Source: Octopus vulgaris
Taxonomy: Eukaryota
Length of the DNA stretch: 64,000 bases
Reading direction: 5' to 3'
Assembly: GCA_951406725.2 (NCBI GenBank)
Contig: OX597828.1
Span: forward strand, 3,472,001 to 3,536,000
Every line of letters starts with the position of its first letter. The first letter of the stretch is position 1. Below, one piece after another: positions 16,077 through 29,528 of the stretch. The position numbers and the translations under genes are program-made. Below the pieces are notes generated by a model that ran no database searches, was not told the DNA's origin, and saw nothing but the letters and a program-made list of their open reading frames with translations.

Positions 16077-16292
16077 ATCTATCTATCTATATATATATAT
16101 GTCTAAATGTATGTATATGTAAGTGTGCATATATTTATATGTAGTGCCTATGCACGAACGTATGTATGTATGTGTGCATGTGGGCTGTATGTATGTGTCT
16201 GTATATATGTCTGAGTATGCGTGTACATATGCATATGTCAGTATTATTGTTTTATGTATGTGTATGGAAGTACGCATGCATTCTCTATATAC

Positions 16293-16329
<37 letters not shown>

Positions 16330-17807
16330 TGTGTGTATACCTATCACAGATCATGGAAAATTTCGACAGGAATTCCTCTAAAGACATATAAAAAAAAAAA
16401 GAAAATAGATTTAATCGAAATCAACGCTACATCTGATTGATTTCCTTACTTCGGCTCTTGAACATGAACAAAAAAAAATGCAATTTTAATCAAATTGAAC
16501 AAAAGAAAAAATTAATGAATAAGTAATGAGTTGCTTTAGTGGTTTTAGTGTTAAAAGGTTGTTAGTTTATTTAATCCACTACAGTATTTTCGATTAAAGA
16601 CTCGGCTAACTTAATGACGAGGCGAAAACAAAGCAGGAGAAATCGTTTTTTTTTAATTAATTTGATAAATGAGGTCCTTTGTTTTAAAATTATTTCAATG
16701 GATATTACGGTCAGTGTTTGTTTTAGTTACATCTTCAATACTATTTCCTATTGTTTAGTTTTAATTTTCGTTAAACATTTCTCTATTTTCATTTCCATTC
16801 CTGTACGTTCATTATTTTTTTTATCTGAACCTTCGTGGTATTTTGTTTCTTCTTATTTGTACGTTTTATTTCTATTTTTAGTTAATTTTCTATGAATGTA
16901 TTTCCCTCCGAATTAATCTTTTTCTATATCTCCACTTCTTCACTTTTTAGTTTTCAACAGAACTAAGATGAATGATAAAACAGTACCAGAAGCTTGATAT
17001 GATGAAAGAAGTAAACAAACGACAGGTATACAGCAGTATATTTAAGTAAACCTTCTAAAATCTTCCAGTAAGAAATCGATTAAGTAATCTTAATTGTTCT
17101 ATAGTGTTCTGTAGAACCATATGGAATAATTATTATTATTATTAATAGTAACATAGGGATAAGTTTTGACAAAAGGAATGATATTTAAACCTTCCCATAC
17201 AACTGCTCTTTTATAATGCAATTAGCGTTAAGTAAAATGCTTATACATTGAAATATGGAAATAAAAGGAGATATATGAATATAGGTGAAAGCCCATCAAA
17301 TTGGAAATAAGTATCGACATTATGATGCGGAATAGAAGTCAGTTGTCATGGACTATCACATCATAGTTTATAATTAGATAAACTAAAGTCATTCAATGCT
17401 GCCCCAGTAGTTTCATGACTGAAGCAAATAAATAAAAAAAAAGAAACAGGTAAAAAACTATGTAACCCCGTATTTATTTATCCACATCGCTACGAAAGTA
17501 AAGTTATGAATATACAACGCTTCTGTTGCAATATTTTGTATGGACAAACACTTTTGTTTCCGGTCTCTGGTGACACAACAAAATATTGATAAAAGGTCAT
17601 TAAAAATAAACGAATGTTATGCCATAGGATATTCTATAAATTTGTATAATTGCAGTGAACAAGTTATCTTTGACTATCTTTGAATATTTCTGACAGATTC
17701 TTCTTCATTTTTGTCAGTCGTTTGCAAAACATCCTTACTAAAACATCCCTAATAAAACAAATTAATATTAACATTTTATTCATATTCCTTTTATTATGTC
17801 TTTGTAC

Positions 17808-17900
17808 CGTTTCCTTCATCCTCGCCGCGTGTTTTCTTTCGTCCGATATGACCGTCCCATCGAAGCTGATTTCCGTCCATTCTGGATGAGCATGATCTCC
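17808..17900 (-). CDS. Candidate 93-bp internal exon of an unidentified host gene
   Basis: Non-repetitive, GC-richer island with acceptor TTGTTTCAG| and donor ACG|GTACAA. Length is a multiple of 3 and two frames are open (one reads GDHAHPEWTEISFDGTVISDERKHAARMKET). Confidence 0.5.
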
Positions 17901-17977
17901 CTGAAACAATTCCAGAGCTATATACCTAAACTATGGAAATTCTCTTAAAACTTCTGGTTTTTGAGCTGTATAACTGA

Positions 17978-18034
<57 letters not shown>

Positions 18035-18302
18035 CTCAGTGATAAATTCAAGTTTCATAGTCTGACCTGTTTGCAGATCACTTAAGCACATCATTCGAGA
18101 ATCATTTAAGCTCAGACAACATGTCTACTTCGTGAGAATGCATTTCGTTGCAAGTCTGTCCAATTTCTGCACTATCCGAGCGTGAAACCTGAGGTAGTTT
18201 ACGTATAACTGCTGTATTCATTAGATAATGTATATTTCTCGGTGGACTAAGCAAATTTTTGATGATCATATTTTACCATTGTATATATATATATATTTTT
18301 TT

Positions 18303-18532
18303 TTTTCTTTACTAACCACAAGGGGCTAAACATAGAGGGGACAAACAAGGACAGACAAAAGGATTAAGTCGATTACATCGACCCCAGTGCGAAACTGGTA
18401 CATTATTATCGACCCCGAAAGGATGAAAGGCAAAGTCGACCTCGGCGGAATTTGAACTCAGAACGTAACGACAGACGAAATACCGCTAAGCATATCGCCT
18501 GGCGCGCTAACGTTTCTGCCAGCTCGCCGCCC
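18303..18532 (-). mobile_element. SINE family A, near full length; its 5' part is recopied at 18943-19044 (+)
   Basis: Clear match to 373-593 and 63322-63480. Confidence 0.9.
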
Positions 18533-19044
18533 TATGACCTCCTCTCCCTCCTAGACCTCTCATCATCTCTCTTATACATATATATAAGGTTGTTTCACCT
18601 GAAATGTCGCATTTTTAATTACTTGTTATTTCATTTCAATCATTTAAAAACTCAATTATGTATACCTTTTTCAAAATTCGTACCCACAGACCTTATGAAA
18701 ATGATAACAATCAAACTATGTTGAGTGAGTTTCTCGTACGAGAAACTCACTCAACATAGTTTGATTGTTATCATTTTCATAAGGTCTGTGGGTACGAATT
18801 TTGAAAAAGGTATACATAATTGAGTTTTTAAATGATTGAAATGAAATAACAAGTAATTAAAAATGCGACATTTCAGGTGAAACAACCTTATATATATGTA
18901 TAAGAGAGATGATGAGAGGTCTAGGAGGGAGAGGGAGGTCATAGGGCGGCGAGCTGGCAGAAACGTTAGCGCGCCAGGCGATATGCTTAGCGGTATTTCG
19001 TCTGTCGTTACGTTCTGAGTTCAAATTCCGCCGAGGTCGACTTT
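18432..19044. repeat. Spacerless palindrome, ~306-bp arms
   Basis: Centre GTTTCTCGT|ACGAGAAAC at 18737/18738. Arms differ by one C indel, giving mirrored ORFs 18452+ and 18751-. Confidence 0.98.
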
Positions 19045-20260
19045 TTTACAGGTGTCCAAAAATGGTTGTGCAAGATGTTTGGAGTTTTGATGAAAGTTTT
19101 CGAACTTTTGTTCTAAAATTTTGTTCAACCAAAGCATTTAATCCATCATGCATGATTTTGGCTTACCCTTTGGTTTATTTTCAAGGCTATCATCTCCTGA
19201 ACGAGCTTCGGAACCATCTCTGATGCTAACAAAACCATTACAAAAGGTCCGCTTGATATCCCGTAGACTCTACGGGATATCAAGCGGACCTTTTGTAATG
19301 GTTTTGTTAGCATCAGAGATGGTTCCGAAGCTCGTTCAGGAGATGATAGCCTTGAAAATAAACCAAAGGGTAAGCCAAAATCATGCATGATGGATTAAAT
19401 GCTTTAGTTGAACAAAATTTTAGAACAAAAGTTCGAAAACTTTCATCAAAACTCCAAACATCTTGCACAACCATTTTTGGACACCTGTAAAAAATTTGGA
19501 AAAGTCAAGAAAACAGATAGGTTTGTTCCACATCAACTGAACGAGATTTAAAAAAACAGACACCTCGAAATGTGCTCCTTATTGCTTTCTCGACTGGAAA
19601 AAGACCACTTTTGATTAAAATCATGACTTGTGATGAGGAATAGATAGACTTTGACAACAACAGGAGAACAGGACAGCGATTTGATGCAGGAGAGTCACCT
19701 AGACACTACCCAAACCCACCATTGCATTCTAAAAAGTTAGTGGTCAGTGAATGGTGGTCTGCGAAGGGAGTAATTCATTATTCATTTTTGCAATAAGGAA
19801 AAACAGTAACAGCAACATCGTATTGCCAGGAAATTGATTGCATGCATGAAAATTCGAAGAAGAAACCCAGACTAGTGAGTAGGGATGGCCTAATTTTGCT
19901 CTACGACAATGCACGTCCTCACACTCCTCAAGCTACGGTCCAAAAGTTGCAAACCTGACTTATGAGATTTTGCAACATCCTCCCTATTCCCCTCATATCT
20001 CTCCTACTGATCATCCCTTATTTAAGCATTTTGAGCTTTTCATAAGCAATAAAACATTCTTAAATAGAGAAGAGGTAATTGAAGCATTCGGACAATATAT
20101 CACAGCAATTTTTTAAAAGATGGGATATATAATATAGAGAAACGTTGGGTAAACGTCATAAATGAACATGGATCATTCTTTGATTAAATAAATCAGTTCT
20201 CTAACACTTCTGAAACATTTCATTGTTACCCTTCAAATACGACATTCCGTACGAAACAAC

Positions 20261-20264
<4 letters not shown>
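18585..20264 (+). mobile_element. mariner (D,D34D) transposon fossil, rearranged
   Basis: TA-flanked TIRs TAAGGTTGTTTCACCTGAAATGTCGCATTT and AAATACGACATTCCGTACGAAACAACCTAA. Broken transposase 19269-20185 reads GKVKK..FVPHQL, IMTCDE, LLYDNARPH and HPPYSPHISPTD. Confidence 0.92.
19042..19494. repeat. Palindrome, 226-bp arms with 1-nt centre
   Basis: Centre CCCGTAGA-C-TCTACGGG at 19268; one mismatch seen; mirrored ORFs 19146- and 19148+. Confidence 0.98.
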
Positions 20265-20323
<59 letters not shown>

Positions 20324-21524
20324 TCATGCGTGTGTGTGTACGTGTGTGTCTATGTGTGAGAAAGAGAGTGAGATAGAGAGAGTTTCTCTTATGGTTTGTT
20401 ATAGTGATTGTGACAGCACGTCAAAAGTTTAGTTTTTTCTTGATCTCGAAAAAATAGGAAAGATTCATATTACTATAAAAGATATTTGATTATTCTCTGT
20501 CGCTAGTTAACGCTGTTGAAACGCATTTATAAGAAAACGATGTATAGCTAGTGTTCACTATGTCATAAATATCAGTTATGTTTCAGAAATATTACCTCCG
20601 GCAACCTTTTAGTTTTTCGTCACTCATAGTCACTAGGTCAATCTCGAACATACCTTAAAGTACAATGAAGTTTTATAATATTTGCACACGTAGGATGAAA
20701 GTTGGAATGTTATACTGTAGCCCATTACACCTCTGTTTTAATATCGCAACTATAAATTTAGAATTCCAATTTTACCAAGACCCTAGGTATTTCATTCTTA
20801 TAAGATTTCTGGATATCAAAAAAAAGATAACTGGTGATATAGTTACCGAATCAGTTAGTTCTATCCTTCGTGCAACAATTGAATTGCATCAAAGGAAAAA
20901 TTGGTTTTACATCAAGCGATAGCTTATCCCACATGTAGTTGGTCTTTACTTAACCAATCTTTCAGTTTTAGTCTTTCGAGTTTAGCTAAAAGGAAAAAAT
21001 AAACCTAAATAAAGCAAGTTTTGCTTGTGAATGAAAACAAAAACATTATTTTATACAATGATGATTCAATAGTAAATGGGTTTAAGATACTAAAAGAATA
21101 TCTATAAACGCAGATACACACACATGCTTTCTCTTTCTCTCACACATACACACATACACTAACACACATATATACACACATATATACACACATACACTCA
21201 CACACATATATATACACAAAGTCACCTATATACGTACCTATTCATACAGGTTTCATTTTAAAATTGAATTAGAGTGATCAGTTGTGCACATCCCGCACAT
21301 TTTCAATATCTTCTTCTGTCTCTAAAAATACAAATGGTTAATGTTTTAAAATAAACTAGTGTTTATTGCAGGTAAATTTTCATCAAGTATGTTTCTGCTT
21401 TAGAAATACGACTCTATCCTTACTATAATGTATATAATCACTTTATCCCCCTACCACCACTCACGCATACACAAATGCAAAGAAACACTAGACCAGGACG
21501 CGCGTGTCTCCCCATATGTATGTG

Positions 21525-21564
<40 letters not shown>

Positions 21565-22240
21565 TATATACAGAATATGTGTATATATGCATTTATGTGT
21601 ATATGCGAGTGTATATATTTATATCTGTATTTGCGTTTGCCCAAGTGTGCGTGTTGTATCTTTGCACAAAGCAACATGGCACCTAAAATAATCATCTGTA
21701 TTAAAACTAAAGTGATATGCACTTTATCTTTTCTGAGCAAAACCACTTTGCCTTGTGTAAGTAATTGCTTACAGTCGACCGGGCGCCTTTGATGTTGCGG
21801 CTACACTACAATAATTTATGATTGGGTCTAGAAACCATTTAGCAGGTCACGCCTCGTGGTAATCTAACCGGGAGACGTATTGTTGTAAACATAGTATCAA
21901 GCATAAAACAATGGCCTTATGCTCATACACAAGCGCTCACACCAACCTACATACATGCATATATTCTTACACACGCACGCCAAGAGTACACCATATACAT
22001 ACATACATACATTCATACATATATATATATGTGTGTGTGTGTTTGTATATATGCATAACTCTTGACGACAATGATTAATAGTCGTGTTTGAGGTGAACTG
22101 ACTTGCCACCCCCATATTTTCCTTATCGTCAGCGGTAAATGACTTCATCTTCAAAGTTAGGTTTTGGCACCTCAAGTTCGCTATTTTTACTTTGTTTTGA
22201 TAACAATACAATGCAACTCTTCGGTTTCTTCCATTCATTT

Positions 22241-22245
22241 TATCA

Positions 22246-22297
<52 letters not shown>

Positions 22298-22305
22298 CAT
22301 CATCA

Positions 22306-22375
<70 letters not shown>

Positions 22376-22521
22376 CATTATTATTATTATCATCATCATC
22401 CTCATCATCATTACTACTACTACTACAACTTTCACAGCCATCATCGCTATCGACTTACCCCGCCCCCAGTCCCCTCTCCACCTCCTCTTCTCTTCATCAT
22501 CATCATCATCACCACCTCCAC

Positions 22522-22559
<38 letters not shown>

Positions 22560-22560
22560 C
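22241..22560. repeat. (TAT)n/(CAT)n compound microsatellite
   Basis: Directly visible. Confidence 0.95.
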
Positions 22561-23105
22561 CAGGATAACATACATAACAGGCTAAAACAGTGTTAGGGTC
22601 AAAATAATGTTTTGTAATCTTATCTCTGGTGGTTACGAAATTAAAAAAGATTGCAGCAAAAAGCTGAATGACATTAAGACAGCAGCAGCAGCAGCAGCAG
22701 CAGCAAAATCAACAACAACTGCAACTACAAACGTGACAAAAACAACAAAACCAACTCCACCACTAACAACAACAGCAACAACAGCAGTAGCTGGGACTGC
22801 AACAAGTATACCTTAAAAAAAACAGCTTATAATAAACACATACACACGCACCTCCATAGATACACACACGCATATAATACATATATATATACAGTATTGC
22901 ACAAGATCAACTAATGGGGAACTCAGCAATTATTTGCTGTAATATAAAAAAATACGTACATAGAGTATTACTAAAGTTAATTTCTCGTACACACACACAC
23001 GAGCGTGAGCGCAAATATGTCTGTCTTTTTGAAGAACACCATATATAAGCAGACGTAGACATTCTCTCATTTTATGCATATACATATGATGTATTTTCAC
23101 ATGCC

Positions 23106-23233
<128 letters not shown>

Positions 23234-24083
23234 CGTATACATACGTATATATATACATATATACAAATATACATCCAACTTATATGCATATATACATATG
23301 TGTATATATATATATACACACACACACAGAAACATACACACACATGCACACACACAAAAACATAGACACACACACACACACACACAAACACACATATATA
23401 TGTGCATCTATACATAGACATGAGCGCGCATTTAATTTGTTAGTCACGCGTAAACATATTTATATGACTGTGTTGTGTATATGTGCTTCGAGTGTTTTTA
23501 TTGTCACATATATGGAGGAGAGGAGGAATGCCATCAATGTTTAGAAGCTATAAATTACGAAACTGGTGTTAACCTTTGAATGTTGAGGAGAATAATGGGT
23601 GTTTATGAGAGTGGGCGGTATCTTTCATTCTTTATTTATTTCAGTGTCCCATTAAAGGTACACACGACAATCTAAACAAAACAAAATAAAGACAACATGA
23701 CAACATCAACGAAATCTTTTCTCCTAGTGACCTAATGGAAATGTGAGACAAATGAGTAGTTTCAGTTCAGAAATTGTTTTTTCAAAGTTTCTTATATTTT
23801 CTCATTGAAGATAACTCGATAACCCGAGTTCAACTAGATGAATGAATGCATTCTCTTGTTTCTGTTTACGTCTCTTCTCGTGTGATTGTTTTATCTCCGT
23901 GCAACAGATAATATCCACCTTGCAGCATTTTGTTAAATAAATCCTCTTTGGGTTTTAGTTTTCCTTTCTGTTTGATATTTGTTTTTCTATTGTTTAAAGC
24001 AAATGTGAAACCTATAGAAGGTCTGCTCAAGAATATAAATCAAATTTCGTATCACATACATAAATACATACATACATATACAA

Positions 24084-24177
<94 letters not shown>

Positions 24178-24203
24178 ATATATCAGAAGAGAACATATAT
24201 AAT

Positions 24204-24350
24204 AGGCGCAGGCGTGGCTATATGGTAAGAAGTTTGCTTCTCAACCACATTGTTCCAGTTTCAGTCCCATTGTCTTCTTCTATGGCCTCGGGCAGATCAA
24301 AGTCTTGTGAATGGATTTGGTAGACGGAAACTAAAAGAAGCATGTCTTAT
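24204..24350 (+). mobile_element. SINE family B, 5' part
   Basis: AGGCGCAGGCGTGGCTATATGGTAAG..GGATTTGGTAGACGGAAACT. Confidence 0.8.
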
Positions 24351-24364
24351 ATACATGTCTTATA

Positions 24365-25461
24365 TACCCCAAAATTAAGGTAACCGAATTTTCAAGAGTT
24401 AATAACTATCAATAATACCTCATTATAAAAGCTTAGTGTGTTTATTTTTGTTTCAGAGTAAATAGATTCAGATTTATAAATTAGATAATGGCTATAGACC
24501 GAAATAAAGCCATAAACTTCCACAAAGGAGGCAAAAGTTATACAGCTATACCGAACAAGCTTAAAATCAACCGAACAACAGTCTGGAAATTCGTCAAGAA
24601 ATTTAACGAGACTGGTTCCATGGCTGATCTACCTGGACGTGACCAAAAAAGAAGTACCCCTCAGCGTATTAAAAGTACCAGAGAAAAGGTAGAGCAAAAT
24701 CCTAGTCGTTCCGTCAGAAAATTGACTGCCACAGCAAAAGTAAGCCCAACATTGACGTATCGAATGCCGAAGAAGAATCTCAGGACCCAAGCCTACAAGT
24801 TAATACGCCGTCAGTAGTTCACGTAATTTTATAAGGCCATGAGACTGGAGAGAAGGCGTCTAATCCTGCGTCAGGTTACTATGAAAAGAAATTTAACATC
24901 AAATGGACAACAAACCACCAGAACGACCGACTTTAGAGTGTATCTGTCTCTGTCAATTGTAAAGTTGTACACCGACGTCAAAATCTACAGTCAGTTATGG
25001 TTTGAGTGGCTGTGACAGCCACTACGAGATCTCCCCTCGTTTTTGTACCCTCGGGTATTAAACTTAATACCCAGCGATACATTACCACATTCTGGAGTTT
25101 CCAACAGGACTCGACATTATCCCACAGTTCGAAACAGACATAACACTGGATTCAGAAAAGCATTCCGTCGTTCATAGACAAGGATGTACGGCCCTCAAGA
25201 ACCCCCAATCACAACCGGATTTTTCTGTTTGATTCATTTTGGAGACGAGGGTCTCGAGCAATCCTCATACTTTGTGTCGTGTGTGAAGCATTCGCACATA
25301 AACTTAAGGCTGTGATTCAAAACAGAGGTATTCATATGGAATGTAGTAGGGTCATAACTGCGTTTCCTTTACCATTGCATTACAAAGCTCGGAGCCGAAA
25401 TATAACAATATTTTGCTTTTGGAAAATTATAAAAAGCTGGTTGCCTTCATTTTGGCATGTA
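24365..25461 (+). mobile_element. Tc1/mariner-superfamily fossil, probably maT (DD37D)-like
   Basis: TIR cores CCAAAATTAAGGTAACC and GGTTGCCTTCATTTTGG. ORF 24488..24817 encodes an HTH region (..TVWKFVKKF.ETGS..DLPGR..NPSRSVRKL). Downstream remnants include NHQNDR, VMV.VAV..SPLVFVP, FQQDS..SH and RPSRTP. Confidence 0.85.
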
Positions 25462-25649
25462 TATATATTTTTTATGTATGTATGTATGTATGTATGTATG
25501 TATGTATGTATGTATGTGTGTATGTATGTATTTAAGTATGCATGTATGTATGTATATATATATATATACATATGTATATATATATGTATATATATATATA
25601 TATATGTATATATATGTATATATATACGTGCGTATGTATTTATATACAT

Positions 25650-25795
25650 ATGCGCCAGAATGGCTGTGTAGTAAGGAACTTGCTTCCCAGTCACGTGTTT
25701 CTTGGTACACTCCCATTACACGCAACCTTAGGCATATGTCTCCTACTATAAGTCAATTTGGTAAAAGGAAACTGAAAGAAACCCGTCCTATACAT
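25650..25795 (+). mobile_element. SINE family B, diverged 5' part
   Basis: ATGGCTGTGTAGTAAG..TTTGGTAAAAGGAAACTGAAAGAAACCCGTC. Confidence 0.7.
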
Positions 25796-25817
25796 ACATT
25801 CATACATACATATATTA

Positions 25818-26026
25818 CTCTCTTTCTCTTTTACTTGTTTCAGTCATTTGACTGAGGCCATGCTGGAGCACCGCCTTTAGTCGAGTAAATCGACCCCAGG
25901 ACTTATTCTTTGTAAGCCTAGTACATATTCTATCGGTGTCTTTTGCCGAACTGCTAAGTTACGGGGACATGAACACACCAGCATCGGTTGTCAAGCGATG
26001 TTGGGAGGACAAACACAGGCACACAA

Positions 26027-26057
<31 letters not shown>

Positions 26058-26223
26058 CACCACAGGCTTCTTTCAGTTTCCGTCTACCAAATCCACTCAC
26101 AAGGCTTTGGTCGGCCCGAGGCCATAGTAGAAGACACTTGCCCAAATTGCCACGCAATGGGACAGAACCCGGAACCAGGTGGTTGGTAAGCAAGCTACTT
26201 ACCACACAGCCACTCCTGCGCCT
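25818..26223 (-). mobile_element. SINE family B, full length
   Basis: Highly similar to 2433-2883, with intact head (..CACAGCCACTCCTGCGCCT on +). Confidence 0.9.
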
Positions 26224-26232
26224 AAATATATA

Positions 26233-27068
26233 TCTATAGTACATATGTGGGAAAGTCTGTCTGTCTGTGTGTTTGTGCAGTTGTTAGCTAACTCCTCCTA
26301 CATCGTTTTATCGGTTTTGCTGAAACGTGACACGTGAGTAAAACTCATGTCTAAAAACCTGATGGCATACTCAGATTGTTGATAAAAATCTATAATAGAG
26401 CCTCTGAAAGTGATCCTTATGTATATCTAATGTATTTCATTTTAAAAGCCAAGGGAAATAACACATTCGTCCAGATTTTAACAGCCAAGGAAAATAATCC
26501 GTTCATTTTCCTAAATTATTTGGTATATATCAAATTGAATATGCTTATTTCTTAGTATTTGAACTGTTAGATTTATTTTCGCAATTTATCCAATAAACCC
26601 TTAAACAAGTAAATAGTATTTTCCTAAACAATAAATCCACATATTTCGGTTAGCGAATAACACTAGCACCGCTGAGGGTAATATTCTGTGGGAACGCACA
26701 AAAGCCCTTTTCAGAGTTATTTACTTTGAATTGTTATTATCTCATATCTTATTAGCTTATTGTTACGTAACATGCTTCACAATTATAGTATACACATTTT
26801 CGGGTCTACTTTATTTGAACTCTTACTATCGGGTAACTATTTTCCTGTTATTACATAATTGACTTCACGATTTGGAATCCATAACTTATTGGAAATTCCT
26901 AAAAACAAGATCCTTTGTAAGACAGTTTGGTATTCTCTGTAAATGCACAAAAACCGTTTTAAGGGCTACATACTTTGTGTTGTTGTTATTGGATTAGCGA
27001 AACAATTATGAGTACGGAACCTAGGGATAAACCCCTCTTTCCCGGGAATGACCGGGTACGTCAGCTAG
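26233..27068 (+). mobile_element. Non-autonomous Helitron-type element
   Basis: A|TC start, (GTCT)n near the 5' end, terminal hairpin CCCGG-GAATGA-CCGGG then TACGTCAGCTAG|T. Confidence 0.8.
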
Positions 27069-27079
27069 TATACATATAC

Positions 27080-27290
27080 ATGGGTGTCTTTGTGTTAGTG
27101 TTTGTCCCCTACCACTGCTTGACAACCGGTGTAGATGTGCTTACGACCCCGTAACTTAGCGGTTTGTCAAAAGACCGGATAGAATGAGTACCAGACTTCA
27201 AAATAAAAGCACTGGCGTCAATTCTTTCGACTAAAATCATTCAAGGAGACACCTTAGCATGGCTGCAGTCTAATGAGAGAAACAAGCAAT
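27080..27290 (+). mobile_element. SINE family B, 3' half
   Basis: TTTGTCCCT..CTTGACAACCG..CCCGTAACTTAGCGGTT..AGCATGGCTGCAGTC. Confidence 0.75.
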
Positions 27291-27639
27291 TCGAAAGAAA
27301 CAGGAATAAATAACACAAGACACCTTTATTAAAAGACGTCAGTGTAATAGCGGGAACGTAGAGAATGGCAATAAAATCTATGACATTTCTCTACGTACTT
27401 CCTAGAACTGAGTTCACATTTATCTTTGTGAAACTATAAGAAACAGGTTATTAAATAGACATTTGTGAACAGACAAACTGAGGCCAAGATCTAGTTTCAG
27501 CTCCCATTTGTAGTTATTTCACTTTCTTGATGTCATCGATTCGCGCGAAATACAGCAATTTTATAACTAATTTATGTCATATTTAGTTTCGTAATATTTA
27601 TACCAGAGTGTTGGCTCAATTATCTTTTATCATTCACAT

Positions 27640-28110
27640 CTTTCAGTAATCAGACTGCAGTCTTGCTGGGGTACCGCCTTCAAGGATTTTAGTCGAATAA
27701 ATCGATTCCCGCTCTGATTCTTTGAGGCCTGCTACTTTCTTATGATTTCGAGCTTATAAGCCGAACCACTAAGTTACGGAGACGTAATCAAATCAACACC
27801 ATACTTCAAGCGGTGGCAGGGTAAAACGTAACCACAAGGATCACACACACGCACACACACATGCACTCACATACATACAAACATGCATACACACAAACAC
27901 ATACACATACATACACAATACACATACATACACAATACACATACATGTATATACAAGCACACATATTCGATAGGTTTCCTTCAGTTTCTATATACCAAAT
28001 CGACTCACAAGACTTTGGTCGGCGCAGGGCTATAGTAGAAGCCACTTGCCCAAGCTTTCATTCTGTGGTACTGAATTCGAAGCAATGTTTCGAAAACAAA
28101 CTTCTTACTG
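27640..28110 (-). mobile_element. SINE family B, diverged
   Basis: CCGAACCACTAAGTTACGG..CTCACAAGACTTTGGTCGGC..CTATAGTAGAAG. Confidence 0.75.
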
Positions 28111-28404
28111 TTACTCTGTTTAATTATATCGCCACTTGAATCACCACTGCACTCCATTTTGTTGTACTCCTCTTTGAGGTTGAAGAATGCATCACTAGTG
28201 AAAAATTTATGCACTCTTTGTACAGTGTTCTTCTACATAATAGAAAAGACATTAATGCAACACACTACCATTTTGAATGATAGGAGTAAAAGTAGAATTA
28301 ATCGGGTACTAACCAGATTAAATGGCTTCGAGATACCGTCTTTCACTTCGCCGTTCATTTTGACATTTTTTCATTTGGATTCGACAAGATTAAATACAAT
28401 ATTA

Positions 28405-28757
28405 CACTAACCCAGAGGTCGGGGAAATTTTTTAACCATTTACCCACAAAAAATTTATTTACGCCGATGCTACCCATTTAACTTGAAAGGAAGAAAATCA
28501 TAGATACTTTGAATTCGAAAGGCTTATTGAATCTATTTATATAGAGGCAAACGAGAAAGCATGCCACTGATCTGTAATACTCATACTTACAACATGTGGC
28601 CTTCTTTGAAAATCGTTGGCGAGACTTAATTGTCATATTCGACATAAATATTATGACTGACAAAGAAAAGTACGTTGTCGGAGCCTCATACGTTGAAACT
28701 GACTAAATACACTTTGGAGTAAATGTTTAAAAGAGTTCCCCGACCCCTGGGTTAGTG
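28405..28757. mobile_element. MITE with ~45-bp imperfect TIRs, flanked by TA
   Basis: TA|CACTAACCCAGAGGTCGGGGAAATTTTTTAACCATTTAC ... GTAAATGTTTAAAAGAGTTCCCCGACCCCTGGGTTAGTG|TA. Confidence 0.85.
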
Positions 28758-29208
28758 TATATGTTTTTATCTTATATTTAATTTTTTCTATAGGATGTAA
28801 TTTTTTTCGATATGGTATAATTCAATTTTTTCATTGTTGAATTGGTAAAAGGTGTTTTTTTTCTAATATATATATATATGTATATATATTATATTTTGTG
28901 AAATTTGATTTAGTATTACTATATTGAATTTTTCCCTGTAGGTTTGGAATGATATTTCCTAATATTATTATATATATATATAGTGAGAGAGAGATAAAGA
29001 GAGAGAGACACTATATGTTTTTCGGTAGGCGTGACGAGGAATTGGTAAATCAATCAATTGAAAGTACATAAGCTCACGTGTGCAAACCAGCATTATCAAT
29101 CGGTAGGAGTAAACACTGTTACCCGCTTGGATATTATATCTCCGTCAACTAAAAAAAAAAGATTTCGAAAATCTTGGAAACTTGACTATATACACACACA
29201 CATATATA

Positions 29209-29302
<94 letters not shown>

Positions 29303-29322
29303 TGCAAGTATGGATGTGTATA

Positions 29323-29528
29323 CGATAATTCCTCAACTATACCGGGTGTTACGCTCCAAAGCAACCCGCGATGTGTGAAAACCCGCGAGATAGAAACAGT
29401 ACTGTTCTGCATATTTTTAAAATTATTTTTATAATTTGTATATACTCATTTTATTATAAATGCTAAACAACACCACGGAGGACTCAACGTAGGCTTAAAT
29501 AATAAACCGCGATATGGCGAGGGATTAC

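Noticed and set aside
18030-18280. Very old mariner remnant (DYET*IYH resembling GDETWIYH; 18541-18571 matches 12281-12309)
   Set aside because: Too short and degenerate to delimit as a feature.
19146-19390. Near-identical 80-aa ORFs on both strands, suggesting a bidirectional gene
   Set aside because: A consequence of the palindrome; the true coding remnant is the mariner transposase in another frame.
21897-22238. 113-aa minus-strand ORF as a first coding exon
   Set aside because: Begins and ends in microsatellites, with no recognisable homology and only a weak donor.
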